64,000 bases of DNA from Tubulanus polymorphus (taxonomy: Eukaryota > Animalia > Nemertea): positions 17,136,560-17,200,559 of the forward strand of contig NC_134027.1 in assembly GCF_964204645.1 (NCBI RefSeq), given 5' to 3'. A program made the translations under genes and the position numbers. Numbering within the stretch: position 1 is the first letter of the stretch; every line of letters begins with the position of its first letter. Positions 24,732 to 36,989 of the stretch are shown here, piece by piece. The notes beneath the pieces are model-generated. The model was not told the origin of the DNA. It ran no database searches and was given only the letters and a program-made list of their open reading frames with translations.

Positions 24732-27529
24732 ATGTCAGAGAATTACGGGTCATGGACTGTACCGAAGCTGAAACAAGAGTTAAGCCGACGAGGTGCGGTA
24801 ACCTATGGGAGGAAAATCAACCTAATTGAAAGGTAATTTAAATGTCGATCATATTTCCATGCGGTTGATGGTGTTCAGTCGTTTAGTCTGCGCAAAAATG
24901 TTGCAATGATCATGGAATCAACAGTGATTTTTTGCCAAAATCATCGATGATTCTAGACCTATGCTCAAGTGAAATGAACGTGTTTTAATAGATCCAGAGA
25001 TGAAAGCTAAACCTCAGTGGGTTGTGGGTCAGGGTATAGTACAAGTTTACCGTCACCAGCCCGGGCTGCGAGGATGGCTATGGCCGGTCCCACGCGTCCC
25101 GTCCCGCGATATCTTTCATTATTTTTCGGTTTTCATGTCCGGAAAATAAACATAATGCACATAAAAGTCATCGATAAAACGTTTTTTAAATCACTATTTG
25201 ATATTATGATTGCCTTGAGAAGTTTAGATGGCAATGTTTATATCTTGAAATGTAGGGATTATTATCGGGATGTAGGACGCCTTGTCAGCTAACCATCGCA
25301 ACAGCTGAGTTACCACTGGCGCCATCTATCGAACATGAATTGAAGCTGATGCCAAATTTTACTGCCAATGTATCCATAAATCATTGGACATGTCTGCTGC
25401 TGTGTCTAGTCTCTATTGAATTTTTATATGTTATTGGAATTATAGTCAGAACCCTGATCAACTTGAGGTGACGGTAAACTGAATACCTTACTTATATACC
25501 TTCTTACCACAACACAGTTGAGTTAAATACAAATCTGTATGACCATGGACGTATAGACGTCCATGCTTGGAGTAATCATTTCGATGTAACATTTCAACTC
25601 TGGGTCAACTTTCTGTTAGTTGATTGAATGATTTTTGACATTAGATGTTTATATTTCATGATTATTTCGTGTTCATTGCAGATTAGAAGCATACGGCCGT
25701 AACAACGATTTTAGGGGACCGGCCATAACATTACCACAAGAAACAGTTCCGGAATGGCCCACATGCGGTTTCAAACAGCTTACAAATGATCATAAGATTG
25801 TATTGCCAAAATTCAATATTGACACAGTAACTGCATATTTCACGTATAGAATGGCAATGGACAACCACTGTACCAAAGACATTAAAGCTATTGAGAAGGG
25901 TCAGCAGCTCATAGAATCGCAACGTGTTCAAGCCTGCAGTATTCTCATCAAAAGCGGAATTGTTTATCTGACTGGATTAGTTGGTGCTGCTATGAAAAAA
26001 AAGGTAGGCCAGTTTTATATTTCATCAAAATAACACAATATTCCCTCCTTTAAATCCACATAAATCTGCAATACAACTGTATTCTTAAAAGGTTGTAATG
26101 TAGCAAACATTGTTGATTAGTTTATTTTTATATTTCATTGCAGATCTCATACTCGTACCAGATATCATTGTCTCAAACAACTGGTGAATTCAGAAACAGC
26201 CATTGTGAGTGCCCTGCCGGTAAGGGTCCTAATGGGACCTGTAAGCATGTCGCGGCTGTACTTTTGATGTTTGCTAATTTTGTGTCATCAGATGGGCCTA
26301 ACGCTCCCGAAATACTTAAATCGTGTACGGAAAATCTACAAACATTCCATAAGCCCAAGTCTGTTTATACTGGTAAGTTGTTTGGTTACATCGCCACCAT
26401 TCAGCAAATTCGTACCCTATATATCTTATTTTTTATAAATTCTGATGTAATGGCAATGTTTTACATAATGTACTTGGTTTTCAATTTTTAGCTCGGCTGT
26501 GACCTTGTTTAAATTTACCCGTCACTTCTTAACAGGTTCCCCTGTCAAGGCTGGTGACTTACCTCTATCAAAATCAAAGAAACGCGAGGTATCAATGGAG
26601 GATCCAAGGCCTGTGAAATACCGGAAATCAGCTGGATACGAGGATTATGTCCGGGGAATTGTCCTTAATTACTGCTCTGTATCGTCTTTAGACCTACCCA
26701 TCAAGTATAAGTACAAGAAAGCCGATATCAAAACAGCAGCAATTGACCATGATTATCTGAAAAAAACTTTGCTTGAATATTGGGTGGAAAACTCTATTAA
26801 GGTAAGTTTTTAATCAACGTGTCTGAGAGTGACCTATGTTATCCTTCCCTCTGTGCTTATAATTAATATTCCATTTTGCCTTTTCAGTTAAATGAAACAC
26901 AGGCAATATTACTAGAAAGGAGTACTAGGAAGCAGGCAGAATCTAGTCAATGGTTTCAGGAAAGGCAGCTACGATTAACTGCATCTCGTTTCGGTGAAAT
27001 TGTTTCGCTCACGAAAAGGCGCAATATCGACAAATTGTGTAAATCTCTTCACGATAATATTCCGTTGAGAAATGCTGCTGTTTGCCATGGAAAGACATTC
27101 GAAAGTAAGGCGATAGCGGCTTTTGAAGGTAAATTCTCCGTTAAAGTACAGCCTTGCGGACTTCATGTGAGGCCAGATATAGATTATCTAGGCGCGAGCC
27201 CAGATGGCCTTGTGTCTGAGGATGCCATTGTTGAAGTGAAATGTCCGTATCGCGGTAGAAATGAACTTATTGCTCCGGGGCCATACTTCAAGTTTCTTAG
27301 TGCAAAAGATAAGAAGCTGAAACGTTCGCATAATTACTATGATCAGATTCAAGGACAGTTGCATATTTGCAAACGGAAAATGTGCTATTTCGTTGTTTAT
27401 ACTCATAAGGACCTTTATGTAGAGAGGGTTTATCATGATCAAAAACACTGTGAACTATCTCTGCTTCCAAAATTAGAAATCTTTTATAGGAAGTACTATT
27501 CAAAGTATTTAACAATGCATGCGTTCTAA
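24732..27529 (+). CDS. SAP-SWIM-YqaJ (lambda-exonuclease-like) protein; 5 exons: 24732-24832, 25682-26003, 26144-26372, 26536-26801, 26888-27529
   Basis: GT-AG introns join in frame; WTVPKLKQELSRRG (SAP), CECPAG..CKH (SWIM), RLTASRF, GASPDG, EVKCP, YYDQIQGQL (YqaJ). Confidence 0.88.
25013..25521. mobile_element. Possible MITE in intron 1 of the YqaJ gene
   Basis: Perfect inverted AGTTTACCGTCACC/GGTGACGGTAAACT (~25044, ~25467) within a degenerate ~45-bp IR; TSD unclear. Confidence 0.45.
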
Positions 27530-28322
27530 AACATCTAGATTATTCCTGGAGATATAGATCGGATATTTTCCGAAGATTCCATAGTTTTTGGCATTAATAT
27601 CTTCATACAACTAAATTTGTAAATACATGTACATCCCAATTGTATGATATAGATTTCATGTCAATATCGGCTTACTATTTGTTGATACTTTTAAGTTTTA
27701 ATATTTTTTATCATCTATTATCAATATTTTTTATCATATATAGTTATTTCAAACAGATATACTTGTCAGGTTGTGTAGTTATATGCATAATTACTGACGA
27801 TGGTGGGTCAAAAGTTTGAAAATTAATGATTTACTCCTTTTCTGACCATATTTCATTACCATGATTATTTATTATTTCATTATGTGCTGCGCCTGACTAT
27901 GGCATGAATGCTTTAGTCCCAAAACTCAAACTCTTCCATTTTACATAAAATATCTGTGTTATCATGCATTTTAAAAAGATTTTATGTAGCGTTGTTGTAT
28001 TTTTGGTTTTTACCAGTTTTAAATCAATAAAAGGGTTTGTTACTGGAATGAAAATTAGTTTGTCCTTTGAATTGAAAACACTGCAAAAGAGTGGATTAAG
28101 TCAAAGTGAAATAGGTTATATTGCGCACAGATTTTGAATATCAACGACAGACAATTAATTACAGTCCAGGCCCATAATTGATATCTAAGAATTTGGGATT
28201 TACCTAAATAATCTATTAAGAGAAACAATGATGTTTCTTTAAAGCAGGGGTTTCGATGAATCTCAAAACAAAACTCAAAAATATATACTTTAGATATCAA
28301 TTAACAGACATTAACAATAAGG

Positions 28323-30025
28323 TTAAGCAAATTCGTTCACAATAGCTGGTCTGAAATTGCTTATACTGAAACAAACATAAACTATCCTAGAACCCATATT
28401 GACTTTACTAAGCGGCAGGTCTTTTTTCAAAATAAGAAAAGTTTTTGACAATCCGATTACTCTTTCTACTTGGATGCGTTTACTGGCTACTCTACGATCA
28501 TGAACTACTTGTTCAGGTTCAAGTTGACTCTTGCCCTTCAATAAAGTTGGGGTGTTCACCTTAATGTTCTTGGTAGCAAAAAGATCTTGTACCATTATAC
28601 CTCTATCGGCCATGATGCTGTCATTCGAGCTGAAGTATTTTGAGGTGTTTGAACACAGCTGGGATCGTTCAATGATTTGTCGGTCACTTGTTGAACCCGC
28701 ATAACTTTCACTTACATAACTAACGACCCCTCTCGGTGATATTCCAACCATAGTTTTAAGCGTGTTCTTATGTTTGTATGTGCTGAAAGTTGCAGTTTGA
28801 GATTTTACATTCGACGGCTTTTCAATTGGAATCTCTGTAGCATCTAAAATAACTCTGGTTGACGGAAAATGATGCTTAAAGCCACTGGGCATGAAACAGT
28901 CTATCTCTTCTCTCTCTGGCCATGTATTGATTTCACTTAATTGGAAATACATGAAGTTTACCCAGGTTAACACAATCCTAGAAACTACACTCTCTGATAT
29001 GCCGAACAGAATACTCAGTTCTATATCTTCCTTGGCACGCCTTAATTTGATTAATGTCAAGAAAAATTGATTGACCGGTGTTAGTTTCTGACATTTGTAA
29101 TTCAAATCGTACGCAGCAGGTCCTAGTACACTGAAAAACATCATCAAATGTTCATAGTCTTTAAAACTGGTGTAATATTTGATCGACCTAGGATCCACCA
29201 TAAATCTCTCGATACAGAAAAATTGATCTGAAAGGAGGGAACACTGAATATTCTTATCCAAGTTAGTGTTTTTATTGGTTGGTTCCTCTATTATGTCCAT
29301 TCTGTAATTGCTGGTATGTTGTAGGCCTATTTCAACTTCAGTGGCTATGTCATGGTGTACAGGTTCTTCCTCCAGTTTTAATCTTCGCCGACTGGCTCTA
29401 CTTTCTCTCTCTGAATCTGAGGAAACTGGTGGTGTGAAGGCAAATATACGCGGAATGGCATTCTCTTTTAATTTTCTTCTAGAACCTGAAACACATAAAG
29501 AAAAAAACATATTTCTACTCAAAGATCAACAGCTGCCAGTCAAGTCAACAACCTTTAAATTAAAAAGATAAATCTACCACATAAATTATTAGGCCTATTG
29601 TTGTTATTATCATAATTGAGTTATATCATTATCCTGTTATCAACAAACTACTATGATGATATGAAAATAAGCGCCTGGCTTTTTAAAAAAAGTTCAAAAC
29701 ATCGACATTGCATAATATCGATAGGCCCAAGCTGAGGCCTAAACGAATCAGCCTGCCTTGGATCTTGACCGCTTATTTCACCTTAGTTGGAAAACTCAAT
29801 AGGAAAGCCATATTTACCGGTAAGTGTCTGTTTATAGTCCGTTGGTAAAAAATGTCGATGGCATACGATAGCTGTATCCGATGGCTGCCATAATTTTGCA
29901 GATTTCTCGCTACTCTGTAGTCGTTTTATCGCAACAAGCCATTTCATTTTCAAATCTGTGTTCGTAGGGAACTTAAATCCGCCTACTCTTGACTTACAAA
30001 GGGGTACACAACAATAGCGAGGCAT
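28323..30025 (-). CDS. THAP plus HTH plus DDE_Tnp_4-type transposase; exons 30025-29818 and 29485-28323
   Basis: CCVPLC..FKFP..W..VCHRHF..LKENAIP (THAP); ILDATE, SYKH-like STYKHKNT, MADRG, RIQVERVIG. Confidence 0.92.
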
Positions 30026-31114
30026 TATAATAGATTCAAGCGCTTTTCAAATCGTCAATTCGCTCGAACGCGGAGATGAATAAAATGTTGTTTACAATTC
30101 AAATTCAAATCACTAGGGCCACTAACACGCGCGCGCCATCTCGCGGCAGCGCTCAGCGCGGCGAGCCCCATTGATAATGAGTCAATTACAATTAGTAAAA
30201 CATTTTGATAGCATGTTAGATACAGTTCATTCATTTGAAGAAGAGATGAATAGTGTTTTAGATACACCCGTTGCTGAAACTGGAATAAATCGAATACAAT
30301 CTTTACTAGAAAAAGGATTATTTGATTTAACTGGTGATGAATTAGAAGCATTTCCTGAACAAACGCGTAGAGAAATTAAAGGTATGCAAGAATCAGCTGA
30401 TAAAATTGCTCATGATAAAAGTATAAGAGATTTTAAAATTAGAACTTTGGAAAAAGACAGAACTGATAAAATTAAAGAAATAGAACAACTAAAATTAGAT
30501 AGAGATAATAAAGTTATTGAAGAAATCGAATTTAAAAAAAGAAATGCGTATTTAGAAAAAGAAAAAGATGATTTAGAATATTACAGAGAATTACAAAAAG
30601 AAGAAATTAAATTATTATTAAAATCATATGATTATAATATTAATAGATTAAAAGTTATTTTTAAAGATCTGTTGATAAAACCAAATTCTGAAATATCATT
30701 AAAAGATAGAATAAAATTATTATTTAAATTAGAAGGAATAACAATTCTTTCAATTCTAACAGCTGTAACTATGTTATTTACAACAATTGGTTTAGCTATA
30801 TCAAATTCTTTGAAATCTACACCAAATCCCAATAAACCGGATAAACCCCCAGATAATAATAATTCTATACAAGATAAAGTTAAAGATGGTTTAAAGAAAT
30901 AAGCAAAATATTTATTGGAACTATCTAAAAAATCTGCTGCAGCTTTACCCGGAGGTATTGCATCAATTGTTGGTTTTATATTGAAATCTGCAGGAAACAT
31001 TATTAACTTTGCTGCTGAACATATTATTTTATTTTTAATTACAGTTGTAAGTGCTATTATTTTTGGGTTAGTAAACATGATAAAAAATAAATAATTAATT
31101 TTTTCGTTAAATAA

Positions 31115-32364
31115 ATGAGTGGGAGTTATATCAATCCTTCTAAGAATCATAGAATATCTAATGCTATTAAAGCAGAAAGATCACATCATATAATTACTCA
31201 TAACCCTTCTAATATTAATCCTGAGGAAACTTTATTTGTTAGAATTCCTCGATTAACACATAATACTTTTTATGTTCCAAATAGTATTTATTTATCAGCC
31301 GATATAAAAGTAACCGGTAATAATAATAATTATGTTGTTGATAATGTTGGAAGATATTTGATTAAAAAATTAACAATAAAGATTGGCCCAGAAACAGTTT
31401 TCTCATTAGATGATTATAATTTATTTATGCATTATAAAGATTTATGGTTAAATAAAGAAAATAGAAATAATATGATATCTCAAGGCATCCAATCAGAAAA
31501 CAAAAATGAATTATGATCAGAAGCTGATAGCGCAATATTAACTAATGCTATAGATAAATTGATAAGAAGTATATATGGAAGCAAATATAAAATTCCATTA
31601 GACTTTGAATTGATAAATAATAATGCGCCTTTATATAAATACGCAATTCAAGAAGATATTATATTCGAAATAACATTTGCTCCTGTTAATGAAATTGTAA
31701 TATCTAGCGTTAATAAAGATATCGGTTAAAATTATAGAATATATGTTTAGACTGATTTAACTGTTTAAATGATGAAAATATTTCAAGTATAATTCAAACT
31801 CAATACAATCAAGGATTTTCATTATTATATGATTATATTGATAAATTTAAAACTGTAACTATTAATGCAAATGATGAAATTATTAATGAGAATATTAACT
31901 TCCCAAGAAGATCTATTAAAGGTATATTAATATTTTTTACCATTGCAACATATACTAATGGTGCAATAAATATTGATATTTATTATAATCCTGAAATAAC
32001 AAAAGTAGAAATAACTATCGAAGGAATAGCAAATAAAATATTTCGTCAAAGAATGAGAATGATTGATCAATGGCCAGAAATTAGAAAACATTTTATGAAT
32101 GAAAAAGTAAAATCATCTGAAAATTGTAATATTAATCGAATTGATTATTATACCGGTAATAAATACGCACTATGGTTAGATTTTAGAACAACAGAGGATA
32201 ATTCATTACATGGTTCTGGAAAAAAACTACAGAACACTAAAGATGGAATACAATTATTCATGACAAAGAATAAAGGAATCAAAAATTTTAAAATGCACAT
32301 TCATATTATATCTGACGCGCAATTAAATATTGTAAATTCTCAATTAAATAGTGTTATGTATTAG
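31115..32364 (+). pseudogene. Putative major capsid protein (double jelly-roll), frameshifted
   Basis: ~415 codons, beta-rich, NPSNINP..LFVRIP, LIKKLTIKIG, NFPRRSIKG, YALWLDF..LHGSG; second copy at 58790; fold inferred. Confidence 0.65.
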
Positions 32365-32396
32365 AATTTTAACTTTAATAAAAATTTATATAATAA

Positions 32397-33182
32397 ATGG
32401 AAGGAGGTAAAGTATATAAACATATTCCATACATCGATACACATGAAAATAATGATGGTTTATATTATGTAATACCTTGTAACATAGCTTTGATATTTGA
32501 TCCTATTTTCAAAATTTATAAAACTAAACTAATAGAAATCGATAATAATAAAAGTGGTGTTGTTGATAATTTAAGTAATGTAATTGATAATAATGTAATA
32601 CCTTCTACATCTAATAATGTAATACCTTCTACATCTAATAATGTAATACCTTCTACATCTAATAATGTAATACCTTCTACATCTAATAATGAAATAATAT
32701 TAAATATTAGTGAAAATAGAAATTATTGTGATTATTGTAAAGGTAAATTTTCAAACGCTCCATCAAATTGGAATAAACATATGAATACAAAGGTACATAT
32801 TACTAATGTTATAGAACGTGTTGGTTTAAGAGAATTTATAGAACACCCATTTAGATATGTTACAAAGTTTGTTTCAAATAAAAAAGTAAATGGTAAAGAA
32901 TTATATGAAGATTTATTATTAGCAACTCCTAATAAAGATGAATTAGATTTAACCGATGCTAATAAAATATTAGGATCAAACATTGTAAATGAAATATTAG
33001 GAGCAAACACTAAGAAAGATGATAATGAAAATATAGTTACAGATAAGCATATTGATATTAAAGAATATGTGGACACACTTTTGGTGAAAGATAAAGAAGA
33101 AACTATTGATGATGCGGTAGAAAGGATGAATAAGTATAACATTAAAACAACTATTGATGATAATACGGTAATAAATTGTTAG
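32397..33182 (+). CDS. Unknown protein with C2H2-like Zn finger and (NNVIPSTS)x4 repeat
   Basis: CDYC..HMNTKVH; 24-bp tandem repeat at ~32588-32690. Confidence 0.7.
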   Translation: MEGGKVYKHIPYIDTHENNDGLYYVIPCNIALIFDPIFKIYKTKLIEIDNNKSGVVDNLSNVIDNNVIPSTSNNVIPSTSNNVIPSTSNNVIPSTSNNEIILNISENRNYCDYCKGKFSNAPSNWNKHMNTKVHITNVIERVGLREFIEHPFRYVTKFVSNKKVNGKELYEDLLLATPNKDELDLTDANKILGSNIVNEILGANTKKDDNENIVTDKHIDIKEYVDTLLVKDKEETIDDAVERMNKYNIKTTIDDNTVINC

Positions 33183-33331
33183 GGTCTGATAGTGAAAGTG
33201 ATTAAAATATTAATTATATTTAACTCAAATAATATTATTGGTTGAAAATTGTATAAAATAATAGTAAATAAAAAAGGGGGTTTTAAGTATTTAAGGTATT
33301 TAAGGTATCTAATACATAGGTATATAAATAG

Positions 33332-33931
33332 TTATTTTATAAATTTATATTCATATGGAAATTGTAATCTCAGTAATAATTTTGAACCTTTATTATTCTT
33401 TAATTTATTCAGTAACTCAGTAGGTATAATTTGATTTTCTTCCAATGATTGTTGCATAGATTTTCTATCTTTGTTATAAAATAAAACTAGAAATCTTATA
33501 TTCTCCCTAAAGTCTTTAACAATTGAATTATATTTTTGAATTAAAACCCATGTTGTTATCCCAAAATGTCTCCCAGAGAAAGCTAAATAACATAACTCAC
33601 TTTCTCTCACTTTTGAATCATGTAAATTAGCGCAATCATCTATAATGAATAATGTATTTGATCCTTTTTAAGTATCAATTGCTATTTTAATACAATTATC
33701 TGAATTTTCTTTTACTGTTTTAGAATCTAATATAATAAACTTTTTTATCTTAACTATATCTCTATTATATGTTTTATTCATTTCATAAGTGGGGCAGAAT
33801 AATATTATATTATCAAAATGATTCTTATAAATAGTTTCGAACAAATCTAATATGAAATGTGTTTTACCACAGTTGGTTACACCAGTAACTAACATATTAT
33901 GCGGTTCAAATATAAATAAATCTTTATTCAT
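33332..33931 (-). pseudogene. A32/FtsK-like packaging ATPase (one internal stop)
   Basis: Walker A GVTNCGKT, Walker B LFIIDDC, GRH..Q motif. Confidence 0.9.
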
Positions 33932-35015
33932 TTATTCTTTTAATTTTACTAGATAAAATCCATTCATTAAATCTATCATCATATCCTTTATATTTCACCA
34001 AAGAATACTTTTTTCCTTTAAGAGTTTTTGTTTTCAATACTTTTTCTATTTTGTGTTCTATTTCATCTGGATTTGGTACAAGTGATAATTCTTGTTCATA
34101 GAAATAACCTAATATTTCTTCATCTTTTAGATATTCTAGTTTATAAACAAATGGTTTAGTTAATATTATCTTCTTAATCTTGAATATTTCTTCTGTAAAA
34201 TTAGGGGTATAACCTTTATAAAATGTTTTTCTATATTTAGATATTCTTACGTGTTGTCCTATTTTAAATTTAGGTTCGACAAAATCATGTGTAACAAACG
34301 CGCCATATAAATTATTCCAAACTATTTCTGAATTATCTTCTTTTCTAGCTTGGTTAGGTTTCATATTTATAGAACTATGTTTAGAATTATTATAACCTTT
34401 CACTAAATCATCTAACACATCGATATATTCATATGTTTCATTAGCAGTAAAATATTTCCACATTCTAGTTTTCAATGTTTTATTAAATCTTTCTATAATA
34501 GATGCTTTTTTATCTGAATGTGTTGAAAAATACTCTACATCGTTATCAGATAATAGTTTTTTAAAATGTTTGTTATAGAATTCCTTACCTTCATCAAATT
34601 GTATGTTACCTGGAATTGCTTCTTTAAATATTGATTTAAAAGCATTTGTCACTTCTATACCAGTTTTCTTTTTGATTGGAATTGACCATGCGTATCTACT
34701 GAATATGTCTATAACATTTAATATCCAGAAATATCTTTTGTTGTATTCTTCTAAGTTCTTCATGTCAATTAAATCAGCTTGCCATTGTTGATCGATATAT
34801 GAAACCATAACTTTTCTTGTTAAATAAGTTTTATCCATTTTCTTGTGGATTTGATATGTTGGTTGATTTTGTAACCATGATTTTAATTCACTATATTTTA
34901 TAATACCATCTTCTTTATCAGATTTAATTTTATCCCATAATTCTGAAACGTTAGAATATGATACTTCACTTTCTGGGTTATAATATAACTCTCTTAAATA
35001 TTGTTCTTTTTTCAT
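33924..35015 (-). CDS. int: Retroviral-like (rve) integrase with C-terminal chromodomain
   Basis: WQADLID, IDIFSRY, QFDEGKEF, IERFNKTLK, LVKYKGY..FNEW; uninterrupted 363 aa. Confidence 0.95.
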   Translation of the reverse strand: MKKEQYLRELYYNPESEVSYSNVSELWDKIKSDKEDGIIKYSELKSWLQNQPTYQIHKKMDKTYLTRKVMVSYIDQQWQADLIDMKNLEEYNKRYFWILNVIDIFSRYAWSIPIKKKTGIEVTNAFKSIFKEAIPGNIQFDEGKEFYNKHFKKLLSDNDVEYFSTHSDKKASIIERFNKTLKTRMWKYFTANETYEYIDVLDDLVKGYNNSKHSSINMKPNQARKEDNSEIVWNNLYGAFVTHDFVEPKFKIGQHVRISKYRKTFYKGYTPNFTEEIFKIKKIILTKPFVYKLEYLKDEEILGYFYEQELSLVPNPDEIEHKIEKVLKTKTLKGKKYSLVKYKGYDDRFNEWILSSKIKRINE

Positions 35016-35019
35016 CTTA

Positions 35020-35389
35020 TTTTAATCCATTAATAATAATTTATATTTAGTTTCAATGGTTTTATGATTTGACTTATTTTCTGGTATGATAGGTTTATTA
35101 TCGGAATCATTATTGTTATAATCAGATTTATACTTATATTTATATATTACGCCGGATAATATAATAATTGTGATTAACCCAATTGTACTATATAAGTAAT
35201 TATTTCTTCCACTATTAGAAGAATTATATGGATTATTTGAATTAATATCAGATAATTTCTGTGATTCATTGATATCAGTTAATTTCTTTTTCTTAGCTTT
35301 TTTTTAAATTCTGCAGATCTTTTACCTAATTCTCTTGCCCATTTAATTTGTTTCTCGGATCTAACCTTTTTCTTAACGCCATCACTCAT
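35020..35389 (-). pseudogene. Small basic protein with TM segment
   Basis: MSDGVKKKVRSEKQIKWAREL...; paralog begins at 62226. Confidence 0.55.
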
Positions 35390-35398
35390 TTATTTTAG

Positions 35399-35995
35399 TT
35401 AGTTTTTGTTCTGATTCATTGTCTGTTTCACCGTTTGGTTGTAGTTCGTTTCGTGTAGTTCTGTTTCGTTCTTACCTGATTTATATTCCATAGGTTTGAT
35501 ATTCGAAAATGTTATGACACCAGTAGAAATTAATGTCATAACCGGCCCTAATTGAAATGAAGCATATCCAACCCATTTTTGTAATTCAGTCATAACTAAG
35601 TAGTCATTTTTCAAATCACTATATAATTTATTTTCATCATCAATTGGTATTAACCGGTTACATAACTTAGAGTATCATTTGACAATACCATCTGAAATAG
35701 AATCATTTATTCGGGCTAATCTTGCCTCTTCATGAATCTTAAAATATTTTATTACTTTATCTGGTTTCATAGCATCTAATTCTTGAAAAGTTATTATTTT
35801 TCCTAAGAAATCCTTAGATTTCCCTCCAGCAATTAACAATTCAAGATGGTGCTTACAATTTAAATAGTATTCATAATCTATATTACAATTAACTTGAGCA
35901 CAATTAGTTACAACTGTATCTTTATTATCACTTATACCCAAATCATCTAATGTCTTTTCAATATCAATACTATTCTTACACGATTTCTTTGACAT
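35399..35995 (-). pseudogene. Unknown ~200-aa Polinton protein (internal stop)
   Basis: Two in-frame ORFs; paralog at 61689-62280. Confidence 0.7.
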
Positions 35996-36303
35996 TTATA
36001 TTGGAGAAAAAAGCGAAAAAAATATAAGTATTATAAAATGATACCAGCATCTCTTTGGGTTAATACTAGTTAGTTAAAGGTAAAGAATTTTAGTATTAGT
36101 TATTGTTTTTTTTAGTATTTTTTATTTGTGATATAAAGTATTCTCTTTTGAAAAGAATTGTAAAAGAAAATATTAAAAATTAAAATAGAAATAATGGCTA
36201 GTTGAAGGTATGTAATTTTTAATATATTTTATTTGAATTCTATTTGATATCTCACTACTTTTGTTTATCTATTAGGAGCAGTAATTATAACGGTCCAGAT
36301 AAG

Positions 36304-36987
36304 TCATTTCGGATCCTTGATATCAAATTCCTCAACGTATTGTTCATTATTTGGATTATTATTCCATTGATCAATAAATTTCTTTGCCTTTGTTAACTGT
36401 TCTAAATATAACTGTAAATCTAGTTTATTAGATTTGATTTGATTTTCTTTCTTTTCAAGAGGTCTTAAATTTTTCCAATTCCAAATAAGTTTTTTATTGT
36501 ATTCATCATTCATGTTAAATTCAGATATCGGTAACACGTGATCAATATGAAAATAATCTCCATAATTATCTATATTCATTTGACTATCGAATTGAAATAT
36601 AATCCATGATTTGAGAAATTTATCTGTACAACCCAACAAATTAGATAGTGTTTCTGAATGTGTTTCTTTGTTGAATAATTGTGTTAATCTAGTCCTTAAA
36701 CATTGTTTCAATCTAAAATTAAGATCTGTTTGATATCTTTCTCTCATATATTCTGTCATATAATCATCATAAGCTTCTCTATTATCTTCTCGATATTGTT
36801 TGGTTTAAAGTTTAAAACAAGTTTTACAGCAATATTGAAAACCATCTTTGCTCATCTTACGCTTACTAAATTCTGTTAAAGCTAATTTATCTAATTCACA
36901 CTTAGTACATTTCGTATACATATAGTATATATTTATGACACCAGTGTTATTTGTAATATTGATAGTTTGTGGTTGTTCTGGTTCCAT
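36304..36987 (-). pseudogene. Zn-ribbon plus HNH-like endonuclease
   Basis: CTKC..CKTC; HIDHVLP...NWKNLRPLEKKEN..K; frameshift near 36800. Confidence 0.75.
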
Positions 36988-36989
36988 TT

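Larger units (their letters stand above)
24624..30169. mobile_element. ISL2EU-type (PIF/Harbinger-related) DNA transposon, apparently intact
   Basis: 11-bp TIR GGGGCTCGCCG, AT TSD (24622-23, 30170-71), convergent THAP-DDE transposase and YqaJ nuclease genes. Confidence 0.92.
23973..31095 (+). pseudogene. Acidic/coiled-coil protein with C-terminal TM helices, split by ISL2EU (23973-24623 plus 30170-31095)
   Basis: Uninterrupted homologous junction at ~57850-57900 (CAACAAAT|CGATAAT). Confidence 0.85.

Noticed and set aside
30632-31150. Antisense ORFs (30632-31150, 32732-33142, 27188-27515, 29308-29571)
   Set aside because: Shadows of real genes on the opposite strand
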